Source of the DNA: Acidobacteriota bacterium
GTDB taxonomy: Bacteria > Acidobacteriota > Vicinamibacteria > Vicinamibacterales > SCN-69-37
Direction of reading: 5' to 3'
Length of the DNA: 64,000 bases
Assembly (NCBI GenBank): GCA_020853395.1
Contig: JADYYY010000002.1
Span: 20,609 to 84,608 of the forward strand
Part shown: in pieces, positions 32,487 through 40,285 of the stretch
Numbering within the stretch: the stretch's first letter is position 1
How the letters are laid out: every line of letters starts with the position of its first letter
Position numbers and translations under genes: made by a program
Notes under the pieces: generated by a model
Database searches by the model: none
What the model saw: only the letters and a program-made list of their open reading frames with translations
Told to the model about the DNA's origin: nothing

Positions 32487-33548
32487 ATGAGACAGAAGAC
32501 CAAGTGGTGGAGTGTGGCCTCGGGAATCGCGTCGGCGCTCATGATCGCCTGCTCGCAGTCTTCGAACCCGATCGTTCCCGGCGCGGTGCCGGGTGACTTC
32601 GGTGCGGGGCCGAGCGGCGAGACGTTGAAGATCGCGGCGCCGCCGTTGGTGTCTCCCGTCAACAACGCCGAGTTCTCGCCGAACTCGCCGATTGTGCTGC
32701 GCTTCCAGAACGTGAACGGGACGTTCAAGGCGTTTCCGGTCAGCTATGAGGCCCAGGTGCTGAGCGGCAACAACGTGGTGGCGACCGAAACGACCGGCGC
32801 GGCCGGCGGCAGCACCTCGTCGGTGACGGTTCGCACGAAGCTCAACGCCGAGTCGAACTACTCGTGGCGCGTGCGCGCGACCTACAACGGCGCGTTCGGG
32901 CCGTGGTCCTCGACCGCCACCTTCCGGACGCCCCCCTCCGCGTTCCTGCGCGGCAAGGAAATTTTCGATCCGCTCACGAACGGCTTCTCGGTCGGCAAGG
33001 TGACGGGCGGCACGTTCCTGCCGGGTGTCGGCTGGCGCGCCAACACCGGCACGGACGGCATCGACTACGACATCGAGACCTGCGAGCGCTGCCGGCTGGA
33101 ATTCGACGTCCTCGGGTTCGACGACGGCGGATACGCGTTCGGCCGGTTCGAGCCGAAGATCCTCAGCATGGGCGACGGCACCGCCTTCGGAAGCTTCGGC
33201 GCGTTCCGCGATCACGACTGGAAGATGCACTTCTCCATCCGTTCCGACGGCGACGGCACGGGCCTCGACGTCGTCTGGCGCAACGGCGAAGCGGGCGACG
33301 GCGATCCGGGCGATCATCGGGTCAAGGTGGAGCCTGGTCCGCGCTGGAACGAGATGCAGGCCTCGCACGTTGTGGTCGAGTGGGACCAGGGCGGATACCG
33401 GATCTTCGTGAACGGCGACGAGTGGGCGTCCGACGGGTGGGGCGAATCGTTCGGTCCGCCCAACCATCGGATTCAGCTCGGCTGCATCCCGCGCGCCGAG
33501 ACCTTCGAGTTCGCGATCTGGCGGAACGTGCAGTTGAGACCGTTCTAA
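32487..33548 (+). CDS. Lipoprotein A2: FN3-like module + jelly-roll (LamG/ConA-like) domain, function unknown
   Basis: 353 aa. Lipobox LMIAC|S and post-lipobox SSNPIVP. Module ends YSWRVRATYNGAFGPWSSTATFRTP. The C-terminal domain carries DGIDYDIETCERCRLEFDV, FRDHDWKMH, GDGDPGDH and AIWRNV. Paralog of 43845..44897. Confidence 0.82.
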   Translation: MRQKTKWWSVASGIASALMIACSQSSNPIVPGAVPGDFGAGPSGETLKIAAPPLVSPVNNAEFSPNSPIVLRFQNVNGTFKAFPVSYEAQVLSGNNVVATETTGAAGGSTSSVTVRTKLNAESNYSWRVRATYNGAFGPWSSTATFRTPPSAFLRGKEIFDPLTNGFSVGKVTGGTFLPGVGWRANTGTDGIDYDIETCERCRLEFDVLGFDDGGYAFGRFEPKILSMGDGTAFGSFGAFRDHDWKMHFSIRSDGDGTGLDVVWRNGEAGDGDPGDHRVKVEPGPRWNEMQASHVVVEWDQGGYRIFVNGDEWASDGWGESFGPPNHRIQLGCIPRAETFEFAIWRNVQLRPF

Positions 33549-33571
33549 CCGGCGCTCGTCGGGTACAGGCA

Positions 33572-33606
33572 AACGGCCCGGGCGGGTTCATCCCGTCCGG
33601 GCCGTT
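33572..33606. terminator. Bidirectional terminator-like hairpin between convergent genes
   Basis: Perfect 10-bp stem AACGGCCCGG / CCGGGCCGTT around a 15-nt loop that can extend the stem. Confidence 0.6.
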
Positions 33607-33623
33607 GTCGTCAGGGCTCTCGC

Positions 33624-34463
33624 CTACTGCTTCTTGACGACGACGTCGAACGCCCCGCTGTTGTCCTTCATCTCGTCGTCGTTGATGCTCAGCATCAGCC
33701 GGCCGGACGCCGGCATCGTGATCGGGTCGGTCTTGTCGCCGATGAGGAACATCCTCGTGCCGACGCGACCGACGAGCGCTCCGACCGGGCCATTCGGTAC
33801 GGGCACGTTCTTGCGGCGCCCCACGCTCATCGTGCCGGCGGGCGGCACCGCGGTGTTCTCATTGATCTTCACTTGACCGCTGGCCGAGAAGGCGACTTTC
33901 TCGTCGGCGGTGACCGTGATGGCGGTATCGACCCAGCGCTGCGTCGCCGACACGCGCACCGTCGTACCCGATCCGCCCGAGGCCGACGAGGCGACGGCGT
34001 CGCCGCCGAAGAGCGAACGCGCGCTCGGCGCGCTGAGATACAGCCGCGCGACATCGCTCATGTTGAAGCTCTGCCGATCGACGCCGCCCGACCCCGTGCG
34101 CGTGTCGAACACGACGCGCGAGTCGTTCGTGAAATCGTAGAGCTTGCCCTTGATGGCGCGCCCGTCCTTGAGCACGAGCATGTGGCGTTCGAGCTCGGGC
34201 GGGTTGTCACCGGTCGGGAGCTGGCCGACCTCGGACTTCGCCGGGCTCGCGTCGGCGAATGCGATCATCGCGATGTCGTCGAACTTGTAGCCCCGCTCGG
34301 TCTCCCCCGACACGAGATAGACCTCCGCGCCCTGCCGGTAGACGAGCTGGCCCGACTGACGCTCGCCGTTCTTCAAGACGAACGTCGCATCGGCCGCGCT
34401 CAAGAGAGCGCTGGCGGCAACGAACGCCACCCCTGCCATGACGAGAGACAATCTGCGAACCAT
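33624..34463 (-). CDS. Secreted protein with C-terminal LecA/PA-IL-like lectin domain
   Basis: 279 aa from ATG 34463. Sec signal VAASALLSA|ADA. Two N-terminal repeats (VLKNGERQSGQL / VLKDGRAIKGKL). The C-terminus GALVGRVGTRMFLIGDKT..ASGRLMLSINDDEMKDNSGAFDVVV parallels LecA GALVMKIGNSG...[23 protein letters not shown]. Confidence 0.72.
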   Translation of the reverse strand: MVRRLSLVMAGVAFVAASALLSAADATFVLKNGERQSGQLVYRQGAEVYLVSGETERGYKFDDIAMIAFADASPAKSEVGQLPTGDNPPELERHMLVLKDGRAIKGKLYDFTNDSRVVFDTRTGSGGVDRQSFNMSDVARLYLSAPSARSLFGGDAVASSASGGSGTTVRVSATQRWVDTAITVTADEKVAFSASGQVKINENTAVPPAGTMSVGRRKNVPVPNGPVGALVGRVGTRMFLIGDKTDPITMPASGRLMLSINDDEMKDNSGAFDVVVKKQ

Positions 34464-34541
34464 GTTCGGCCTCCTGCGCGTGTGATGTGCTGGATCGGCG
34501 CCGCGTGCGCGGCCATCGACGCCGTCCCGGTCCCAGTATCT

Positions 34542-34557
34542 TGCATGACGGATGCCA
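34542..34557 (-). promoter_or_regulatory. Sigma-54 (-24/-12) type promoter upstream of the lectin-like gene
   Basis: The minus strand reads TGGCATCCGTCATGCA. GG and GC are at the exact consensus spacing (TGGCAC-N5-TTGCA). It lies about 80 nt upstream of ATG 34463. Confidence 0.6.
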
Positions 34558-34746
34558 GAATGGATATGCCTCACTCCGACCGGCCAGGGCAAAGCGCTAC
34601 CCTTCGCAGGGCGGACGAGCGGCACGGATGTTTAGCCGCGCGTCACCAGCGCGTCCGTGACTCGATGCACATGGCCACCGGCTGGCGCCACACCGGAACG
34701 GCGGCGAGTCTCCGGGTGGCATCTCTGGTCTGGTGACTGAGACGCC

Positions 34747-34885
34747 TTCAAGACTCCCGCGGCGTGGATGGCGCCGGACGGGGCCGCCCTGCGTGGCACG
34801 CAGGCGGCGCCCGTGATCCCGCGCGTCGTGCCGAGGACCGCTCGGGGCTGTCCGGCGACGGGACCCGCGCTCGCCGAGTCTTGAA
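34747..34885 (-). other. Nested stem-loop element (possible structured RNA or complex terminator) in a 427-bp non-coding gap
   Basis: Outer perfect 10-bp inverted repeat TTCAAGACTC (34747-56) / GAGTCTTGAA (34876-85). Inner stem CCGGAC (34774-79) / GTCCGG (34850-55). Hairpins CCTGCGT-GGC-ACGCAGG (34788-34804) and CCGAG-GACCG-CTCGG (34831-45). Confidence 0.35.
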
Positions 34886-34890
34886 ACACG

Positions 34891-35943
34891 CTAGAAGAAG
34901 AGCTTCCCGACCCTGACGAGCCCCTGATTCCAGGCGGCGCGGTGGGAGACACCGGATGCCCGCTGGATGTCCTGCAGATGCGCGACGTACCAGTCGTAGT
35001 TGCGAAGCAGTGCCTGGACGTTCGAATACCGTGGCCGGAAACCCAGCCGCTGCTCGGCTCGCGCGATAGAGACGTAGGAGTCGGCGGCTGCCGTCTCGTA
35101 GACCCATTCGTATACGGGCGAAAGTCTCAGCCGCTCGAGCAGCTTGAGCACGGCGATGATGGGACCGGCGGGCAGCGACCGGACGCGCTTGCCGTGTCCC
35201 GCGCGATCGAGCACGGCCTGGAAGTCTTCCCGCATCGTGCCGAACGATTTCGCACCGACGTTGAAGACCTCGTCCACCGTCGCGGCCGGCAAGGTCATCG
35301 TCGCCCAGATGGCGTCGCAGAGATCGTCGACGTCGAGCAGTTGGTAGCGGTTGGTCCCGGGGCCGATCATCGGAAACCCGCAGCCGGAGTGCGCCCAGTC
35401 GAACAGAATCGCCCAGATGCCGAGCCGTTCGGGGCCGATGAACGTCTTCGGGCGCAGGATCGGGACGCACAGTCCACGGGCGCGGAACGCCGCGCACTCG
35501 CGTTCGGCGAGCACCTTCGCCTCGGCATAGGCGCCGAAGATCTCGACGCGCCCGTCCTCGGTGGTGCCTTGCACGTTGCGGCCGTAGATCGCCGTCGAGG
35601 AGATGTGCACCACCCGGGTGATGCCGTGAGCCCGCGCGGCCGCGAGCACGTTGCGCGTGCCGTCGACCTCGGTGGACATGATCTCCGCGTCGGCGTACGA
35701 CGGCAGCGCCGCGGCGCAGTGGACGACGATCGTGGCGCCCGCCAGCGCCGCCTCGAGCGAGGGCACGTCGCGGATGTCGCCTCGGATCGCGCGCACGCGA
35801 TCGCGCTCCGGGTAGTCGAACTCGGCGAGATCGTACGAGACGATCGCGCGCACCCGGGGAAGGAGGAAGCGCACGAGATTGATGCCGAGGAAGCCGGCGC
35901 CGCCCGTGATGAAGACGACGTCGTCGCTGTGATCCGGAGTCAT
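34891..35943 (-). CDS. NAD-dependent sugar epimerase/dehydratase (SDR) with hydrophobic C-terminal tail
   Basis: 350 aa from ATG 35943. Rossmann motif ITGGAGFLGINL and YAEAK (YxxxK). The upstream 530 aa of the track ORF is shadow. Confidence 0.85.
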   Translation of the reverse strand: MTPDHSDDVVFITGGAGFLGINLVRFLLPRVRAIVSYDLAEFDYPERDRVRAIRGDIRDVPSLEAALAGATIVVHCAAALPSYADAEIMSTEVDGTRNVLAAARAHGITRVVHISSTAIYGRNVQGTTEDGRVEIFGAYAEAKVLAERECAAFRARGLCVPILRPKTFIGPERLGIWAILFDWAHSGCGFPMIGPGTNRYQLLDVDDLCDAIWATMTLPAATVDEVFNVGAKSFGTMREDFQAVLDRAGHGKRVRSLPAGPIIAVLKLLERLRLSPVYEWVYETAAADSYVSIARAEQRLGFRPRYSNVQALLRNYDWYVAHLQDIQRASGVSHRAAWNQGLVRVGKLFF

Positions 35944-36054
35944 GCGTGGGGATGGCGTGAGGCTCGTCACGTCGCGCGGCCGCAAGTCGCGCGGCGAAGC
36001 CGGACACGCGTCACCGCGGAGCGAATGCGGCCCGTAGTATAGACTACGCCGCGC

Positions 36055-38094
36055 ATGTGGTCTCGCGTGCCCGCGCCGGCGCGCGCGGCGGTTGGCGGCC
36101 TTGCTGGCGCGGCGGGCTGGTTCGCGCTGCAACCGGTGCTCGCGGTCATGCCGCCGGCCGTGCGCTTCTTCACCGGCTGGATCCTCTTCACCTTCGGTCC
36201 CGGTCTTGCGATCACCGCTCCGCTCACGCGCGGTGACGACCGGCTGCGCCAGACCGTCCTTGCTCTTGGCGTCGGCGCAGCCGCGTCGGCCGCGATCGCC
36301 GACGTGCTCGGTCGGCTGCACCTTGCCGCCTGGTTCCCGGTGTCGACCTTCGCGTGCGGTGGTGCGGCGGCCGCCGTGTGGCGCCGTCCGTCCGCCCGGA
36401 AAATCGAACGTGCCGACATCGCCGCCGCGACGGCGATTGTCGCGATCGCGCTCCTCACGGGCGGCATCGCCTATGCTCACCGGACCGCCGAGGATCGCGG
36501 TGGCCTCCAGCTCTACGGCGACTACGACTCGCTGGATCTCGCCTACTACGCGAGCATCACGAGCGAAGCGACCCACACGATTCCGCCGACCGCGCCGTAC
36601 TACGCCGGCCGCGGGCTCAACTACGCGTACTACCCGCAGCTCGTGCCTGCGATGCTGCACCGGTTTCTGGCGGTGCCCGTCACCGGCATGTACTTCGGAT
36701 ACCTGTGGCCGTCGCTGCTCGCGCTGGCTGGGCTGACGGGGTATGTCTTCGTGCGGACGCTCGCGCCGCCGGTCGCGGCGTTCGTCTCCATGGCCTGGCT
36801 GATGGTCGGCGGCGACTTCTCGTACCTCGCCGCGTGGGCGCTCCCGCACGCGAACGTGGACTGGGACTACGTCTTGTGGCCGACCAACTTCCTGTCGCCC
36901 ACGATGGAAGTGCTGCACTTCAACTCGTGGACACCGTCGCTGCCGTTGTTCTTCGGAGTGCTCACGGCCGGAACGGAGGCCGTGCGTCGCTCGAGTCTCG
37001 GCTGGGCGGTGCTCGGCGGCCTGCTGCTGGCGGTTCTCTTTCAGTTCAAGCCGTTCGCGTTTCTCGTGCTGGCTGGGGCCTTGACCGCGGCGGCAGCGGC
37101 GGCTTGGCTCTTCTCGACGCACCGCCGTGTCGTTCGGCCCTACGTCACGATCCTGGGCATCGGCGCGATCTGCGCCCTGCCCTTTGCATGGCGGGCGTTC
37201 GCGCTCTACGCGGATCGCCGCTCGGAGCTGCGGATCGACTTCTTCCTGCTGCCGCAGCGCATGCTCATCAAGCTGGACCTCGCCGACACGTTTCACGCGA
37301 TGGCCGCGCGCGTGCTGCCGGAATCGCTGACGCGCCCGGTGGTCGTCGCGGCCGCCACGGTCGTGTTCCTCATCATCGGTCCGGCGCTGCGCTGGATCGG
37401 CGTGCCCGCGCTGGTGCGGGCACTGACCGGCACGCGATCGGCTGACGCCGCCGGTGATCCATGGCGCTTGTTGGCGTGGGTCGCGCTCGTCGGCATCGCC
37501 ACGCCGTTCGTGCTCGTGACCGAGCCGTACCACGACACGCTGCAGTTCTATCAGGCTGGCCTGTACGCGCTGTGGGTGTTCGCCGGCACGTCACTCGTGG
37601 CATGGGCGCGGCCGCGTGGCAGGGCCGGCACGGCGATCGCGATCGCGGCCGTGGCCATGACGCTGCCCTCGTCGGTCCACTACCTGGCGAGAAAGTGGCG
37701 CGACGATGGGCGACCGCCGTTGACGGTGCTCGATGCGCCGGCGCGGCTCGCCGCAGACTACCTGCGCGGTCGCGATCCACAGACCACGGTCGTGCTGCAC
37801 GATCGGCCGCTCGAGCCGTCACTGCTCCCGGTCGTCGCCGGGCGCCGCGTGGTGCTGGCGTGGGCGCGGTACGCGGTGGGCAGCGAGGAGCGGCTGGCGG
37901 ACGTCGAGGCGTTCTACGCGTCAGCCGACGGCGATCCCGACCGCGCGCTCGCCCTGCTCCAGCGCTACCGCGTGAGCCACGTGATCGTGCGGGCCCGCCG
38001 CGACCGCGTGCATCCCGCCGTCCTCGCGCGGCTGCTGCCCGTCCTCCGCGCCGACGACCTCACGCTCTACGCCGTGCCGGCAGGGCTGCCGTAG
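36055..38094 (+). CDS. Large polytopic membrane protein, GT-C-like (putative glycosyltransferase/polymerase)
   Basis: 679 aa. At least 12 TM helices, acidic/aromatic first loop YGDYDSLDLAYYASITSE...YYAGRGLNYAYYPQL, and a C-terminal soluble domain. Confidence 0.6.
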   Translation: MWSRVPAPARAAVGGLAGAAGWFALQPVLAVMPPAVRFFTGWILFTFGPGLAITAPLTRGDDRLRQTVLALGVGAAASAAIADVLGRLHLAAWFPVSTFACGGAAAAVWRRPSARKIERADIAAATAIVAIALLTGGIAYAHRTAEDRGGLQLYGDYDSLDLAYYASITSEATHTIPPTAPYYAGRGLNYAYYPQLVPAMLHRFLAVPVTGMYFGYLWPSLLALAGLTGYVFVRTLAPPVAAFVSMAWLMVGGDFSYLAAWALPHANVDWDYVLWPTNFLSPTMEVLHFNSWTPSLPLFFGVLTAGTEAVRRSSLGWAVLGGLLLAVLFQFKPFAFLVLAGALTAAAAAAWLFSTHRRVVRPYVTILGIGAICALPFAWRAFALYADRRSELRIDFFLLPQRMLIKLDLADTFHAMAARVLPESLTRPVVVAAATVVFLIIGPALRWIGVPALVRALTGTRSADAAGDPWRLLAWVALVGIATPFVLVTEPYHDTLQFYQAGLYALWVFAGTSLVAWARPRGRAGTAIAIAAVAMTLPSSVHYLARKWRDDGRPPLTVLDAPARLAADYLRGRDPQTTVVLHDRPLEPSLLPVVAGRRVVLAWARYAVGSEERLADVEAFYASADGDPDRALALLQRYRVSHVIVRARRDRVHPAVLARLLPVLRADDLTLYAVPAGLP

Positions 38095-38117
38095 CATCTG
38101 CCCTTCCCACCCTGCGC

Positions 38118-38148
38118 CCTGAGCGCGCTGCCCTTTGCCCCGCTCAGG
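38118..38148 (+). other. Stem-loop between the membrane-protein gene and the radical SAM gene
   Basis: Perfect 8-bp inverted repeat CCTGAGCG / CGCTCAGG with a 15-nt loop, followed by TGGTACTATCGT. Confidence 0.35.
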
Positions 38149-38168
38149 TGGTACTATCGTCTGGCCTG

Positions 38169-39329
38169 ATGTCCACGCAGACTTTCCGGCTCCGCTACCT
38201 CACCAAAGCGGCGGCAGGCGTGCCCCGAGACCTGGTCCAAGGAGCGGTGTCTCACGTCACCGCGATCCGGCCGACCGTGCTGATTTTCAACTGCACGTGG
38301 GTCTGCGACGCGCGCTGCGAGATGTGCAACAACTGGAAGTGGGGCAACCGGAAGGAAGACCTCACGCTCGAGCAGCTCGATCGCGTCCTTGCCGGCGATT
38401 TCTGGCACGCCGTGGAGAACCTGAACGTCTCGGGCGGCGAACCCACGACCAGAAACGACCTGCCCGACATCGTGGAGCTGTTCGTGCGGCGGCTGCCCCG
38501 CCTGCGCAAGGTGGGCATCAACACCACCGGGCTGACTCCGCAGCGTGCGATCCCGATGCTCACGCGCATCGTGGAGTTCTGCGGCGCCCATGACGTCCCC
38601 GTCAGCATTCGCGTGTCGCTCGACGGCATCGGCGACGTGCACGGCGAAGTGCGGCACGTCAAGAACGGCTTCGACAAGGCCGTCAAGACCATCGAGGCCA
38701 TGCAGGCGCTCGCCGCGCGGGCGCCGCACTTCCAGTTCGGGCTGGCGTCGACGATCTTCGCGAAGAACCTCGAGGACGCCACGCGCATCCGCGACTGGGC
38801 CCGCGCGCGGAATCTCGACATCGTCTTCAACATGCTCCGGTTCACGGACAACATGCTGCACAACCGTGATCTCGAGCGGACCATCGCGTTCGGGAGCCGC
38901 GAGGAAGAGTACATGCGCAAGTTCTTCCTCGACCGCGTGGCCGAGGAGTCGGTGCTGAGCGGCCAGGCGTTCATGTACCTGCACTACGCCGACATGATCG
39001 CCAACGGGTACCACCGCACCATGCCCTGCCCGTTCCAGCGGCAGGGGCTGCTGCTGAATCCGAACGGCGATCTCTTCTACTGCGAGAACTCGGCGAAGCT
39101 CGGCAACGTGCTCGAGACGCCGGCGGCCGATCTCTACTTCGCGGAGAAGAGCCTCGAGCAGCGGAAGGCCCTGAAGCGCGACACGTGCCCCACGTGCCTG
39201 AGCCCGTGCCAAGTCAACGTCGGCGCCATGAAGCAGGTCGTGCCCTACGTGAAGTTCCTCGCCCGCGCCTACCAGGTCAAACACGACCCTACGCGCCATC
39301 AGGACACGCTGCCAGACCCCGTGCGGTGA
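38169..39329 (+). CDS. Radical SAM enzyme with Cys-rich (twitch/SPASM-like) C-terminus, paralog 1
   Basis: 386 aa from ATG 38169. Cluster motif CDARCEMC (CX3CX2C) followed by NNW, and SAM motif SGGEP. C-terminal cysteines CPFQ..YCE..CPTCLSPC. Confidence 0.85.
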   Translation: MSTQTFRLRYLTKAAAGVPRDLVQGAVSHVTAIRPTVLIFNCTWVCDARCEMCNNWKWGNRKEDLTLEQLDRVLAGDFWHAVENLNVSGGEPTTRNDLPDIVELFVRRLPRLRKVGINTTGLTPQRAIPMLTRIVEFCGAHDVPVSIRVSLDGIGDVHGEVRHVKNGFDKAVKTIEAMQALAARAPHFQFGLASTIFAKNLEDATRIRDWARARNLDIVFNMLRFTDNMLHNRDLERTIAFGSREEEYMRKFFLDRVAEESVLSGQAFMYLHYADMIANGYHRTMPCPFQRQGLLLNPNGDLFYCENSAKLGNVLETPAADLYFAEKSLEQRKALKRDTCPTCLSPCQVNVGAMKQVVPYVKFLARAYQVKHDPTRHQDTLPDPVR

Positions 39330-40285
39330 TCGCCCGCAGCCTGCTGATTCGACTGGCCGTCGCGACGGGGTTGACCGCGATCATCGTCTGGATGGCCGAC
39401 CCGCGGGCCATCGGCGCCGCGCTCGCCGGCGTTTCCTGGGGATGGCTCGCCGCCGCGTGTGCGCTCGTGCTCGTCGATCGGGCGGTGATGGCCTACCGGT
39501 GGTGGGCGCTGCTCACGCCGCTCGCCCAGCATCGGCCGCGCCTCGCTCCCGTCATGCGGATCTTCTTCGTGAGCACGTTCGTCGGCACGTTCCTGCCGGC
39601 GAGCGTGGGCGGCGATGCCGTGCGAGCCTGGAGTCTCTCACGCGAGAACGTGCCCGGACCGGCGGCTGTCGCCTCGGTGGTGCTCGATCGCATGCTGGGC
39701 GTGGCCGGCGTGCTGCTCGTCGCGGCGGCCGGCCTCGCGCTGGCGCCTCGCCTGGCGGGCAGCACGGCGGTGCGGGCGGCGTTCGTCGTCACGGCGTTGG
39801 GATGCCTGCTGTGTCTGGCCGTGATCTTCAGCGAGCGCGTGGACGACGTCGTCAGACGATCGCTCGCTCGAGCGCCAGGCCGGCTCGGCGCGCTCGCGGC
39901 GAATGGCCTGTCCGGCCTTCAGCTCTACCGGACGGAGCACCGGCAGTTGCTGCTCGTGCTGATCGCCTCGGTGGCCGTCCAGGCGCTCCGGATCCTGCAG
40001 GCTTGGTTCCTCGGCCTGAGCCTCGGCGTGGCGGCGCCGCTCACGGCGTACATCGCGTTCGTGCCGGTGATCCTGCTGGTGATGTTGCTGCCGGTGACGG
40101 TCAACGGCCTCGGCACGGCGCAGGTGGCCTTCGTCTGGGCGTTCGCGCAGGTGGGCGTTTCGAGCGCGGACGCCGTCGCGTTGTCCGTGCTGTTCGTCGG
40201 CCTCGGGATCGTCGGCAACCTGCCCGGCGGCGTGCTGTACCTTTCGGCCGCCAGGACGCGCCGCCCGTCGCCCATGCATCAGTGA
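39326..40285 (+). CDS. UPF0104 / LPG-synthase-TM-region family membrane protein (flippase-like), copy 2
   Basis: 319 aa from GTG 39326 (GTGA overlap with the radical SAM stop). Hallmarks FVGTFLPASVGGDAVRA and LPVTVNGLGTAQ. Confidence 0.75.
   Translation: MIARSLLIRLAVATGLTAIIVWMADPRAIGAALAGVSWGWLAAACALVLVDRAVMAYRWWALLTPLAQHRPRLAPVMRIFFVSTFVGTFLPASVGGDAVRAWSLSRENVPGPAAVASVVLDRMLGVAGVLLVAAAGLALAPRLAGSTAVRAAFVVTALGCLLCLAVIFSERVDDVVRRSLARAPGRLGALAANGLSGLQLYRTEHRQLLLVLIASVAVQALRILQAWFLGLSLGVAAPLTAYIAFVPVILLVMLLPVTVNGLGTAQVAFVWAFAQVGVSSADAVALSVLFVGLGIVGNLPGGVLYLSAARTRRPSPMHQ

Noticed and set aside
34632-34952. A 106-aa minus-strand ORF lying in the 427-bp gap and overlapping the epimerase gene's 3' end.
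   Set aside because: It is Gly/Ser/Arg/Pro-rich and low in complexity. It has no motif and overlaps the epimerase stop region. The region is better explained by the nested stem-loops and the sigma-54 promoter.
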